Origin: Dehalococcoidia bacterium
GTDB lineage: Bacteria; Chloroflexota; Dehalococcoidia; GIF9; AB-539-J10
Length of the DNA stretch: 64,000 bases
Direction of reading: 5' to 3'
Assembly (NCBI GenBank): GCA_030612025.1
Contig: JAUWOR010000007.1
Span: 32,332 to 96,331 of the forward strand
The translations under genes were made by a program, and so were the position numbers. Below are positions 29,376-39,475 of this stretch, piece by piece. The stretch's first letter is position 1; the number at the start of each line of letters is the position of its first letter. Under the pieces are notes generated by a model, which did no database searches, had not been told where the DNA came from, and was given only the letters and a program-made list of their open reading frames with translations.

Positions 29376-30224
29376 TTATAGTTCGCCCCAGCCGTCAAGA
29401 GAAGAACTGGTATTAGTTAGCATATCAGAAACGAAGACTCCGATTAATTGCCCTACAGTTGTGGGTGTAGCGTGGTTTAGGCCCAGTTTCCATAGCTCTA
29501 TTATTTTCTTACCGACCTCACTATTGCAGAGCGCTTCGTAGTCAAAAGCGAAGCCGTTCTGAGCTGTAGTTGAGAGCACTTTTTTGAGGTCACGTGAAAT
29601 TAGGGGGTCATATGTAACGCACGATACCGATGCCAAGTGGAGAAAATCGAGGGTGGTCAGGGTAAGGTCCTGATAGAAATATAATCTCCTCTCTAACCAC
29701 TCTGACGCCCAAACATTTGAGATTTCCTTCGGCATGTTGGGTGGACAACCAACTGGTCGAAGAAACCACAGGTTTGCCAATAGACCCAACGCTTTCAGTT
29801 GCCTGAGATTTAACATTGGGACTGCGTCACAAGCTAACTTACTGCATAAAGCAAATAAGCTTTCTGGACTTTGTGTTAATCTATCCGAGACTAATCTTGC
29901 AAGCAGCTCATGCTTTTGCCTATCGCCTGTTTGCGCACTTGAAATCAGAGCTTTTTGCAAAAGGACAGAGAAATCAGGGTGATTTAGAGAATCGCCTATA
30001 ATCTTCTTGTATTGTTCTCCTTGCTGCTCCAGTGCTTTTACTCTCTTGGCCAACTGGTCTAGAAAGTCTAGCGAGTTCTGTTGAGCTTCTTCACTTGCTT
30101 TTGGTGCATGGTCTTTAAAATACGTTGAAAGCCACTTCTCACCTAAATCCCATGCTCTACCAACAAACTTCCCAGCTACTCCGCCAACGGCTGCGCTTAT
30201 GACAACGACTGATAACGGCTCCAT
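29376..30224 (-). CDS. LPO_1073/Vpar_1526-like (Abi-alpha-like) hypothetical protein
   Basis: PDF..LLQKALIS.A......ELLARLV..R and terminal T.VG..I pattern, recognised by eye. Confidence 0.55.
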   Translation of the reverse strand: MEPLSVVVISAAVGGVAGKFVGRAWDLGEKWLSTYFKDHAPKASEEAQQNSLDFLDQLAKRVKALEQQGEQYKKIIGDSLNHPDFSVLLQKALISSAQTGDRQKHELLARLVSDRLTQSPESLFALCSKLACDAVPMLNLRQLKALGLLANLWFLRPVGCPPNMPKEISNVWASEWLERRLYFYQDLTLTTLDFLHLASVSCVTYDPLISRDLKKVLSTTAQNGFAFDYEALCNSEVGKKIIELWKLGLNHATPTTVGQLIGVFVSDMLTNTSSSLDGWGEL

Positions 30225-30372
30225 ACGTCTCCCTCTTTACAATCAACCAGTCACACTGGCATAACGCCAATCGGCCTTTTCACCGCCACCGCCTCTTAAA
30301 TCAATTATACCCTCAACCAACCAAATAGAAAACCTGAACAAGCTCGACATTTGTTTAACCCAGAGGAATGCC

Positions 30373-30440
30373 AAACTGCTGCTCTGCCCCTGAGCTACGC
30401 TGGCAACGAAATTGGTATAGCTGATGGCAACGATTTTGAC
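30373..30440 (-). pseudogene. Displaced 5' half of tRNA-Thr with decayed promoter (att-like scar)
   Basis: GCCAGCGTAGCTCAGGGGCAGAGCAGCAGTTT matches 30 of the first 32 nt of the tRNA; shared upstream catcagctatac. Confidence 0.85.
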
Positions 30441-30484
30441 TAGCACCCTTGTGCATATGCTGAGGAGTGAGGAGAGAATATAGC

Positions 30485-31492
30485 TCAGACCTCCAGCTTC
30501 TCTGGCTGGAAGGGATGACTATCACGTTCGAAATGCGGCAGGTAGTTTTCTGCTGCGTCCATCTGTTGAATCCAGCCATTTTCTAATCCAAGCTTGTCAA
30601 CCAATTCAAGGACTTCGGAATACTCTGAGGCAGAGATTTTACGACACAGCTCGGCTATCTGGGTGGCCAGATGTGTGGGATAATATTGAGACATGATACT
30701 TACAGTAACGTTGGGCGAAATATCATGCACCAGCCAGGTAAGTGAATCGTAACTGCCTGCCAATCGATTGGGGAGAATGAGATGACGTATAATTAACCCT
30801 CTCTGAGCCAGCCCCCAGCCATCTAATACCAACTCATCCCCGACTTGCCGATGCATCTCCAGAATAGCCCGGCGAGCTCGCATCACATAATCACTGGTAT
30901 GAGAGAACTTTGCTGCCCAAGCATCAGAAGCATATCTCAAATCAGGCAGGTAGATATCCACAATCCCGTCCAGCGCCTGGAGGGATGCCACAGAATCATA
31001 GGCATTAGTGTTATAAATTATGGGCACTCTAAGTCCCATAGGCACTGCTTCTAAAACTGCTCGAACTAGCTGAGGCACAAAATGAGAGGGCGAAATAAAA
31101 CTGATGTTGTGACATCCTAACTCGTCTTGAAGATATATCATACGTTCAGCCAAAGTATGAAAATCCATCTCCCTAGAAGCTTGGTATTCTGGATCCTGGC
31201 TAATGTGATAGTTCTGACAATAAACGCACCTCATGTTGCAATTACCAAAGAAGATAGCTCCGGTCCCTCTAGTGCCTGAGATAGCTGGCTCCTCGCCATG
31301 ATGGTCACAGACCGCAGAGACGATGGGCAAATATCCAGAATGGCAAAACCCTTGCTCATTTTTTAGACGGTTGACATGGCACTTCCTAGGGCAAATATCA
31401 CACGATGCCAACTGCATTTCCAGCGCCTCCGCCCGGCGCTCAAGCTCACCGCTATGATATAAGCGAAGATATGAAGGTTCCACTCCAGGCAC
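30485..31492 (-). CDS. Radical SAM protein, PflX-like
   Basis: CPRKC.VNR, GEEP.ISG, CNMRCVYCQN, IRHLILP. Confidence 0.9.
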   Translation of the reverse strand: MPGVEPSYLRLYHSGELERRAEALEMQLASCDICPRKCHVNRLKNEQGFCHSGYLPIVSAVCDHHGEEPAISGTRGTGAIFFGNCNMRCVYCQNYHISQDPEYQASREMDFHTLAERMIYLQDELGCHNISFISPSHFVPQLVRAVLEAVPMGLRVPIIYNTNAYDSVASLQALDGIVDIYLPDLRYASDAWAAKFSHTSDYVMRARRAILEMHRQVGDELVLDGWGLAQRGLIIRHLILPNRLAGSYDSLTWLVHDISPNVTVSIMSQYYPTHLATQIAELCRKISASEYSEVLELVDKLGLENGWIQQMDAAENYLPHFERDSHPFQPEKLEV

Positions 31493-31562
31493 TCCTATAC
31501 TTTGGTTTTATCCCTCATTGAGGATTAGCTGCCTCCCAACCCTACTATTAGCAATTCCTACC

Positions 31563-31838
31563 TCATAAATCTTCCAAATCCTGGTAAAAACGAATCATAA
31601 GTTGAGTTAACTTATTCCCTTCGTTTAATCTAAAGATTTTAGTTTGCTTTCCCAGAGGCTCTTCCTCCACTATCCCAATTCTTACCAAGTCTTCAATCAC
31701 ACGAGAAACACTGGAATGAGATAGACCTGTTTCCACAGCAAGCCCTGATAGATATGTGATTTTACCTCGATTCTTTAATAGCGTCTCTAGAATAGTTATC
31801 CGCGCACTTCGTCCAAGAACTTCTTCTAATATTCCCAT
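31563..31838 (-). CDS. Small winged-helix regulator
   Basis: LSGLAVETGLSHSSVSRVIEDL..GIV. Confidence 0.8.
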   Translation of the reverse strand: MGILEEVLGRSARITILETLLKNRGKITYLSGLAVETGLSHSSVSRVIEDLVRIGIVEEEPLGKQTKIFRLNEGNKLTQLMIRFYQDLEDL

Positions 31839-32012
31839 AAAAGCCTCGTTGCGTAACATAAGTTTCTCATAAATTAGCAGGCTTGTCAATAATACTTCCA
31901 AGCTTGCTATTATTCGAAAAAATTGACAAAATAAAGAAAGGTCCGTATAATATTCGGAGTAACTATTTTGCCATAGGTCTGCCAATCAGTAGAGCAGGCC
32001 AAGGAGGATTTA

Positions 32013-32849
32013 ATGACAATTAGAATCGTTGCCGATAGTGCATCAGATATTCCAAGCGAGGTCGCACAGAAGCTAGGGATTAGCATTGTGCCCTTAACAG
32101 TCTCTTTTGGAAAGGAGGTTTATAGAGATGGCATTGACCTCAATGCCGCGGAATTCTACTCCAAATTAGTTCAAAGCAAGACACACCCCGTAACTTCCCA
32201 GCCATCGATAGGAAATTTCATCGATGCCTACAAGGCGCTTGCCCGGAAGGGCGATGAGATAATTTCCATTCACCTTTCCAGTAAACTGAGCGGCACTTAT
32301 AATGCCGCGTCACAAGCCAAGGAGGCTATGACGAAAGACTGCCGCATCGAAGTTGTGGATTCTGAATCAGTGTCCATGGGCACAGGACTCACAGTCATTG
32401 CCGCTGCCAAGGCAATTCGAGATGGAGCTAGTTTCCAGCAAGCTATAGATATAGTGCATCATAGCATCCCACGAATACATCTGGTGGCCTTTTTCCAGAC
32501 ACTGGAGTATTTAGAGAGAGGGGGACGGATAGGCAAAGGCAAAGCACTTCTCGGCACACTGCTGCATGTAAAGCCCATAATTATAGTCCGGGATGGTGAG
32601 GTTCAGCCATTCGGAAGGGCGCGCACCAGGATGGGTGCATTACGGCGTTTATATAATTTCGCCGAGTCCCTTCTACATATTAGAGAGCTATCCATTATGT
32701 ATACCACTATCTTTGAGGAGGTGAAAATACTCGCCGGCTTGTTAAACCCAATTTTTCCTCAAGCTCGTATCCAGACGGCACAGGTTGGTTCTACATTAGG
32801 CACACATACTGGGCCAGGTACCCTTGCTGTTGCCGCCCTAGTAGAATAA
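32013..32849 (+). CDS. DegV/FakB family fatty-acid-binding protein
   Basis: IVADSASDI, TSQPS, LSSKLSGTY, L.RGGRIG, HTGPG. Confidence 0.95.
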   Translation: MTIRIVADSASDIPSEVAQKLGISIVPLTVSFGKEVYRDGIDLNAAEFYSKLVQSKTHPVTSQPSIGNFIDAYKALARKGDEIISIHLSSKLSGTYNAASQAKEAMTKDCRIEVVDSESVSMGTGLTVIAAAKAIRDGASFQQAIDIVHHSIPRIHLVAFFQTLEYLERGGRIGKGKALLGTLLHVKPIIIVRDGEVQPFGRARTRMGALRRLYNFAESLLHIRELSIMYTTIFEEVKILAGLLNPIFPQARIQTAQVGSTLGTHTGPGTLAVAALVE

Positions 32850-32869
32850 CACGACCCCAGATTGTGTAT

Positions 32870-33715
32870 TTATATGAGGGCGATGACCAAAGTTCCGGGG
32901 CCTACATATGTAGATGTAACACAGCCAAGCCTCGTGATAAGAATACGCTCTCTGGGAAGTAATGGCCCCAGACGCTCAGCGAGCATCTCTGCCTCATCAA
33001 TTACTGTGGAATAGGCAATCGCTATCTCTTTTACACCTGGAAAGCTTTCTGCCCACCGCTTTAAGCGATTTAAGGCCATTGCCCGACCAATAAGCAACAT
33101 AGGAGAACGTATTTTACCACCATTGTAGACCTCGCCCAGCAGCTTAATACCTAGTGCCATGCTTATTTTCCCCAAGAGAATTAGCCCCCTCGTTAGCCGA
33201 AAGCGTTTTCCCTTAAAAAGATAAGCAAAGTTATCAACCTTCCCAAACATGCGACTCCGTGACACAGTTTGATGTATTATGTCAAGAATCTGGTCTAAAT
33301 TCTTCCCTTCTTGGACTGCCCTGGCAGCGGCTATGACTATCAGCCCCAAGCCTACAGAGACCGAGTTCGAATCTACTACTTCCACGCGGCACTTACCCCC
33401 TATGTAACTCTGGGCTAACTTTGCCACATCATGTGTGCCGCTATAGCCGGGGGAGAGATGGATAGAAATGATTTCATCAGTTTCAACGGCCAGATTGTTA
33501 TACACTGTGACAAAATCGCCTGGCGATGGCACAGAGGTTTTGGGGGATTCCCGCCCATGAACTAGCTCGTGGTAAACCCTGTCAGGTTTAAGGTCTACGC
33601 CATCGCGATAAGTCTCGGCACCTATTTGGATATACAGTGGCACTATAGTAATGGAGAGCTGGCGCGCTATCTCAAGAGGAATGTCGCAAGTACTATCAGT
33701 CACTACTTTAACCAT
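32870..33715 (-). CDS. DegV/FakB family protein (divergent)
   Basis: VVTDSTCDI, TSVPS, SGT, VGPG; start after GGAGG. Confidence 0.92.
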   Translation of the reverse strand: MVKVVTDSTCDIPLEIARQLSITIVPLYIQIGAETYRDGVDLKPDRVYHELVHGRESPKTSVPSPGDFVTVYNNLAVETDEIISIHLSPGYSGTHDVAKLAQSYIGGKCRVEVVDSNSVSVGLGLIVIAAARAVQEGKNLDQILDIIHQTVSRSRMFGKVDNFAYLFKGKRFRLTRGLILLGKISMALGIKLLGEVYNGGKIRSPMLLIGRAMALNRLKRWAESFPGVKEIAIAYSTVIDEAEMLAERLGPLLPRERILITRLGCVTSTYVGPGTLVIALI

Positions 33716-33917
33716 TATTGCTAATCCTCCTAGTTCAAAGTGAAAGCTACTGGCTTTCTCCGTTATTATATCATTGAGCAACTGCGATAACTCTTGAGTA
33801 ACCAGAAAAGGTAACAAGAAACTTGATAAACTATCATCGATGATGCCTCTCCAGATGGCTTAGAATGTGTTTCAATTCAGCCAATCATTAGCTAGGCATA
33901 CTCCTACAGGAACCAAT

Positions 33918-34670
33918 ATGGAAAGAGAAGCTGTTAGCAAAAGGAAGCTATACAACCTACTGGCTAAACTCAAAACCAGCCCTGGAGATTATATAACCCT
34001 GTATGTGAAACCTTCTTCCTTTCCAAATTTTATAAACGAACTATTGCTAGAACCTAAATATAGTATATGCGTTGATGAAATCAAAGAGTCGGTTAATACT
34101 AAAGCCGTTATCCAAGAAGCTGGGAGGTATAAAACGGGAGCAGCTATATTTTGGCATGAAATTGGAAACAGGTATATAGTGCTGCCTCCATTCCCTATCA
34201 GAGAAAATAAAGTTTTGCTTGGCGCGCTTGATACTTCGCTTCTACAGGAAACACTGGGGAGAAAATATACTATAGGAGTCGTATTAGTAACCTGGGGTTC
34301 ATACGCTCTAGGAATTTTCCACGGCGCTGACTTGATAGAATCAAAAGTGGGTACCGGGTACATCCATAAGGAACATAAGAAAGGCGGCAGAAGCCAAAAA
34401 AGATTTGCCCGGAGAACTGAAGAGCAGAAAAAGGACTTCCTGAGAAAAGTTAGTAATAGAATTAAGGAAAGATTTAAAAATCACGCCCTGGACTATATTT
34501 TCTTCGGGGGGAACAGATTAATTAGCAAGCCATTGTTGACAGAGTGCCGATATCTTGAATTAGAGAGTGACAAAATTTCGGCAAGAATTTTGAATGTAAG
34601 GTATGCAAACAAGGAAGCCTTAGACCACAGCCTGGATGAAATAACAAAATCGCTAGCCTTTACTTACTGA
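33918..34670 (+). CDS. acVLRF1 family (Vms1/eRF1-like) release-factor homolog
   Basis: HKKGGRSQKRFARR catalytic loop, IFFGG. Confidence 0.82.
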   Translation: MEREAVSKRKLYNLLAKLKTSPGDYITLYVKPSSFPNFINELLLEPKYSICVDEIKESVNTKAVIQEAGRYKTGAAIFWHEIGNRYIVLPPFPIRENKVLLGALDTSLLQETLGRKYTIGVVLVTWGSYALGIFHGADLIESKVGTGYIHKEHKKGGRSQKRFARRTEEQKKDFLRKVSNRIKERFKNHALDYIFFGGNRLISKPLLTECRYLELESDKISARILNVRYANKEALDHSLDEITKSLAFTY

Positions 34671-34820
34671 AGGCGTAAAAATATATGGCCTAACAAATAC
34701 CATACTTGCCGGAGACCAAATCACCAAGCTTCTTTCTAACCCCTGAATTTCGAGCGCCTAGAGGCAACCTAGATATCAAATCTAAGTTCCTCCAGACGCT
34801 CAGCAAATGGCTGCGAGTAT

Positions 34821-34964
34821 TTAGGCTTTACCTATTCTGAATACCTTCGTCCCACAGCTCGGGCAGACACCCTGCACTGCTGGTCTGCCGTTCTTAAGGG
34901 TAATCTGTCTGGGGTTTCTTATTTCGACTTTCCTCCTGCACTTCATGCAATACGCTGTTGCCAT
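34821..34964 (-). CDS. DUF5679-like small basic zinc-ribbon protein (47 aa)
   Basis: MATAYCMKCRRKVEIRNPRQITLKNGRPAVQGVCPSCGTKVFRIGKA; GGAGG RBS; absent from ORF track. Confidence 0.85.
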   Translation of the reverse strand: MATAYCMKCRRKVEIRNPRQITLKNGRPAVQGVCPSCGTKVFRIGKA

Positions 34965-35025
34965 GATGCCCTCCTTTTTCTAAAATTATTTCTACTAATA
35001 TAATTACTGCAAGATTGAACTCTTG

Positions 35026-35682
35026 TCAATACCCTAGGCCCTGTTTTTTAAACAAAATTACCCTGACCACTCCTAAAATGAATAAACCAAAAACCAGAAG
35101 AGCCTTTCTGCCCTCAGGCATAGGATTCCAGAAGCTTCGCCAAAAGGAATCCATTACCTCGCCCAGTTCAATGTCAGGAATCTGAAAGAACCTCTTACCT
35201 GTTTCGGGATCCCGTTGGTAAAACTTGACTTTAGGATTCTCAAGGGAGGTCTCCATTTTGCCCTCATAATCCACCCACATATGTATGGGAGAACAGTTAA
35301 AGTAGTAGGGAATGTTCTTCGCTTCAAAGATGGATGCTAGAACTAAAGCTTGGGCTTTGCAATCCCCCTTTTCTTTCTCCAATACCACTTTGGTGGCGGG
35401 GAAATACCACGGCATGCCATGAACTTCCCAGTCATAGTTATAAGTTATTCTCGCCTGAACTGTCTTTTCTATCGCTACAGGATCGGAGGGAAGGCCCGCC
35501 AGCATGGGTTCAACAGCACCAGGGTCAACATCTGGGCTAAAAATCCTGTGCACGCTAATAATCAAGTTTAAGGGATTGGGATATAACACAAACAATATCC
35601 AAAGTCCCAGTAATAAGGGAAAATACCGGTGAAAAACTTTTCCAGTAAAAATCCACCACTTCACTTTAATGCTATCTGGCAT
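35026..35682 (-). CDS. Membrane-anchored transglutaminase-like protein
   Basis: GDCKAQA, HMWV; TM at both ends. Confidence 0.75.
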   Translation of the reverse strand: MPDSIKVKWWIFTGKVFHRYFPLLLGLWILFVLYPNPLNLIISVHRIFSPDVDPGAVEPMLAGLPSDPVAIEKTVQARITYNYDWEVHGMPWYFPATKVVLEKEKGDCKAQALVLASIFEAKNIPYYFNCSPIHMWVDYEGKMETSLENPKVKFYQRDPETGKRFFQIPDIELGEVMDSFWRSFWNPMPEGRKALLVFGLFILGVVRVILFKKQGLGY

Positions 35683-35762
35683 TCCTTTTCGTCAATCTCG
35701 TCTCTCCCCTGAATGCCCTTTAATATGCACTTGCAGCACTGCTTTAAGCAGTTATGATAAAC

Positions 35763-36484
35763 TCAAAGCCAGTCGGCTAACTCATAATCAATAATCTCAT
35801 CAACCAAGAACCTTGTGACGAGAGCGATATTTCTAAAGGTATCAGTGTCAAGCAATGAAAACCTTTCATAAATTATCTTTACTGCTCATCCTGAATTAAA
35901 GGCACAGCACAGCTAACATCCCTGATAATTGAAGCTAGATAAAGGATCTTTTCCAATCTATTTCGTAGTGCTACCTCCCAAGCTAGAACCTCCTCAACAC
36001 TCGGGTCAAGGATATACTTAGCATAAGCCGCCTGATCCACAACAAAGTTCTTACCATATAATAACCTGGTAACTCTATATTCCTTGGCAGCCATTCCAAT
36101 ATTATAGAGAAGCGCATTTACGCAACCTTGGGAAAGATTGTATTGCTTCGCCACCCTTATCAAGTCTTTGGGAACCTTGATAAGGTAGTATTCTAAAGAG
36201 CCATGTAAAACGGAATGCGCCGCCTGGCGTCTAATCCCAGCTAAACCGACAAGCTGAGGTATTTCCAGAAACTTATCCACATAAACAGTGATTGTCGATT
36301 TTCCAGACAAAGCATCATGGGTAGCAAAAAAAGTTTCCCTGGCAGATTTTTCAACTATGTGGAGGTCAACTGAATCAGCCATCGGCTCGCCTATGATTTT
36401 ATAGCACCCATCTAAAGCGCTCACGATTTTATCCACAATAGATTGCGATACTTCTCCGCTCTTTGTTACCGAGAGCTTTGTCAT
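35763..36484 (-). pseudogene. Hypothetical protein, probably disrupted near the C-terminus
   Basis: ORF stops at 35879; plausible continuation IIYERFSLLDTDTFRNIALVTRFLVDEII.. in another frame. Confidence 0.5.
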
Positions 36485-36602
36485 CAGCGTTTTGTCACCT
36501 TAAATGCCAGCCAGCCACAAACGCCCCAAAACCAAAATTAGCCCGCTGCCAAATCCCCAGCGTGTATGAGTAACTAGCTTGCCAACAGAACAAAAATTTC
36601 AC

Positions 36603-37052
36603 CTAACACTTGCCTCTCCTAAGCTTCTCTCTTCTTATCCTCTGTAAAGTTCCCTCGCTAATGCCAAAGTGGTGGGCTATTTCGTGGCGCACTACTTCCT
36701 GTACTTTCATTTCAATTTCCTTATCAAAACGGCACAGCGCCTCTATAGGCTTCTGGAAGATGGTTATCTTGTCTGGCAAAACCATTCCATACCCTCTACC
36801 TCGTTTGGTTTGGGGTACACCTTGATAAAGGCCTAGCAGTTGGGTGGGGTGTTTAAGTTTAACCTGCCTTAGTTGCCTCGATGTCGGCCAGTCCTCTACA
36901 ACCACATCAACATTTTCCAGTTTGCTTTGAAACTCTGGAGGCAAATCCTCAATTGCCTTGGCCACAAGAGACTCAAATCTCTCCTCTGGCATATCTCTAA
37001 ATCCACTCACCGGCATTATTCTACCACGTATCTTGCTTTTTCCCTTTATCAA
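36603..37052 (-). CDS. Zincin-like metallopeptidase family protein
   Basis: LLGLYQGVP, PDKITIFQ.PI, HEIAHHFG. Confidence 0.9.
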   Translation of the reverse strand: MIKGKSKIRGRIMPVSGFRDMPEERFESLVAKAIEDLPPEFQSKLENVDVVVEDWPTSRQLRQVKLKHPTQLLGLYQGVPQTKRGRGYGMVLPDKITIFQKPIEALCRFDKEIEMKVQEVVRHEIAHHFGISEGTLQRIRREKLRRGKC

Positions 37053-37121
37053 CCAGCTTTTCTTGACGAGAGCTAATAAATAGGATAGGCTATTTGCTCA
37101 AAGCTAGGAGGAAAAACCAAA

Positions 37122-37505
37122 TTGTGGTGTCGCGGCATCAGAGGTGCTATTACAGTTACGGCAAATAATAAAGCGAGCATTATAGCTGCCAGCAAGGAGC
37201 TACTCGAGGAAATGGTACAGGCCAATGGAATTGAGATTGACGAGGTAGCTGCCATCTTTTTCACTACCACGTCAGACTTAAATGCTGAGTTCCCAGCAGC
37301 GGCAACACGGGAGCTAGGATGGCCACAGCACCTTGCCTTACTTTGCGGACACGAGATGAATGTTCCCCACAGTCTACCTCGCTGCTTGAGGGTTTTAATG
37401 CTAGTAAATACAGGAAAAGGAGCCGAAGAAATTAAGCATATTTACTTAAGGGAAGCAAGAAAGCTGAAAAGAGACGAAGCAATAATACCTGGAGGTAAAA
37501 CATGA
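37122..37505 (+). CDS. aroH: Chorismate mutase, AroH class
   Basis: RGIRGA, DLNAEFPA, LPRCLRVL, HIYL. Confidence 0.95.
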   Translation: MWCRGIRGAITVTANNKASIIAASKELLEEMVQANGIEIDEVAAIFFTTTSDLNAEFPAAATRELGWPQHLALLCGHEMNVPHSLPRCLRVLMLVNTGKGAEEIKHIYLREARKLKRDEAIIPGGKT

Positions 37506-38527
37506 TTGTAGTCATGAAAACTAGCTGCAGCCAAGGTGAAATTGATGGGGTTGTGGAGCGCATCCAACAACTAGGATTAAAGACGCATGTATCACAAGGT
37601 GTCGAGCGTACAATTATAGGGATATTAGGCCAAGTTCTTACCAATCTCCAAGATACATTGCTGCTATTGCCCGGGGTGGAAGAGATTATCCCCGTTAGTA
37701 AGCCTTATAAGCTTGCCAGTCGGGAGTTCCACCCTCAAAATACCATAGTCAAGATAAATGACATTGCCATTGGTGGTGATGAAATAGTTATTATGGCTGG
37801 ACCCTGCGCGGTAGAAAGCGAAGAGCAACTTCTAGCTACCGCTCGGGAAGTCAAAGCAAATGGCGCTAGTATCTTACGCGGTGGCGCCTTTAAACCAAGT
37901 ACCTCACCTTATCACTTTCGTGGATTAGGTGAGGTGGGGCTCAAAATGCTAGCAAAAGCCCGAGAGGAAACTGGGATGCCCATCATTACTGAAGTAATGG
38001 CACCAAATGACGTTGAGCTCGTAGCTAGCTATGCTGACATCCTCCAGATTGGGGCACGAAACATGCAGAATTTCATTCTGCTGGACGAAGTGGGGAAAAC
38101 GAGGAAACCGGTGATGCTCAAGCGAGGTTTATCAGCTACAATTCAAGAATGGCTATTAGCTGCTGAATATATTCTAGCCCAAGGTAATGAACAACTTATC
38201 CTCTGCGAACGTGGCATTAGAACCTTTGAAACTTCCACTCGTTATACTATGGATATCAGCGCTATCCCCTTAATTAAAAGAGTTAGCCATCTGCCCATCA
38301 TTGCTGACCCCAGTCATGCCACAGGCAAGTGGTATTTGGTAGCTCCACTGGCACTAGCAGCGATAGCCGCTGGGGCTGATGGATTGATGATAGAAGTCCA
38401 CCCTAACCCTGATCTGGCGCTTAAAGATGGTGCTCAATCGCTTACCTTTGAACATTTCCGACAATTTACGTCTCAATTAATACCTGTAGTCCAAGCTAGC
38501 GGGAGAAAATTGGCTACTTCTGAATAA
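37502..38527 (+). CDS. aroF: DAHP synthase (type Ib with N-terminal regulatory domain)
   Basis: [30 protein letters not shown]. Confidence 0.95.
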   Translation: MIVVMKTSCSQGEIDGVVERIQQLGLKTHVSQGVERTIIGILGQVLTNLQDTLLLLPGVEEIIPVSKPYKLASREFHPQNTIVKINDIAIGGDEIVIMAGPCAVESEEQLLATAREVKANGASILRGGAFKPSTSPYHFRGLGEVGLKMLAKAREETGMPIITEVMAPNDVELVASYADILQIGARNMQNFILLDEVGKTRKPVMLKRGLSATIQEWLLAAEYILAQGNEQLILCERGIRTFETSTRYTMDISAIPLIKRVSHLPIIADPSHATGKWYLVAPLALAAIAAGADGLMIEVHPNPDLALKDGAQSLTFEHFRQFTSQLIPVVQASGRKLATSE

Positions 38528-38548
38528 AGATTAAGTCCCAAGCTTCGA

Positions 38549-39475
38549 ATGAGGATTGAGCAAGAATTAATCGGCATAGTTCCCGAAAAGGAAACACTTA
38601 TCACCATCGGCGTCTTTGATGGCGTTCATGCAGGGCATCGCTACCTGATTAAAAGACTGAACCAGCGAGCCAGGGAGGAAAATTTGCTTAGCGGCGTAGT
38701 CACCTTCAACCCCCATCCACAATCTATGTTGCGCCCCCGTAATCAATTACTGTGGCTAAGCAGCCTAGAGGACCGAGGTAAGGAACTTCAAGAACTGGGT
38801 GTAGCTTTAATCGCAGTGCTATCTTTCACTTTAGAGCTAGCTCAACTCAGTGCCAGAGAGTTTGTCGCCTTGCTTAAGAAGTATCTCAAGATGCGTGGCC
38901 TTATAATCGGCCCTGACTTCGCTTTAGGCAGAGGACGCGAGGGCGATGCTAATTTACTGCGCACATTGGGACAAGAAATGACGTTTAGCGTGGAAGTCAT
39001 GCCTCCATTTACAATCAATGGTGAAATAGTGCGTAGCACTCTTATTCGTCGAGCGCTGGCTCAAGGTGATATGACGAAGGTAGAAAGTTTGATGGGGCGC
39101 TATTTCAAGCTTAGTGCCAAAGTTATCTCCGCAGACAAACGCGGCCAAAGGTTAGGATTTCCTACTGCTAACTTAGATATAAGGCCAGGACAAGCATTGC
39201 CCGGCAACGGTGTTTATGCCACTATTACTCAAGTAGAGGGAAAGCAATTTGCTTCAGCCACCAATATTGGCACACGCCCCACTTTTGAAAGTGGTAAAAA
39301 GACCGTGGAAACTCACCTCCTCGATTACGAAGGTAATTTATACGGCAAAGAACTCCAGGTTAAATTTATACACAAATTGAGAGATGAGCAACGCTTTGCT
39401 TCGTCTAAAGAACTAGAGGCTCAGATTAAAAAAGATGTCGAAAAGGTAAAAATAATAACTAGAGAATTAAAATGA
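38549..39475 (+). CDS. ribF: Bifunctional riboflavin kinase / FAD synthetase
   Basis: GVFDGVHAGH, GFPTAN, NIGTRPTF. Confidence 0.97.
   Translation: MRIEQELIGIVPEKETLITIGVFDGVHAGHRYLIKRLNQRAREENLLSGVVTFNPHPQSMLRPRNQLLWLSSLEDRGKELQELGVALIAVLSFTLELAQLSAREFVALLKKYLKMRGLIIGPDFALGRGREGDANLLRTLGQEMTFSVEVMPPFTINGEIVRSTLIRRALAQGDMTKVESLMGRYFKLSAKVISADKRGQRLGFPTANLDIRPGQALPGNGVYATITQVEGKQFASATNIGTRPTFESGKKTVETHLLDYEGNLYGKELQVKFIHKLRDEQRFASSKELEAQIKKDVEKVKIITRELK

Noticed and set aside
29300-29380. Integron attC site after the 29376-30224 gene (..TATAAC ... GTTAGC)
   Set aside because: Outer boxes are poorly complementary, no clear inner stem, no integron integrase in the window
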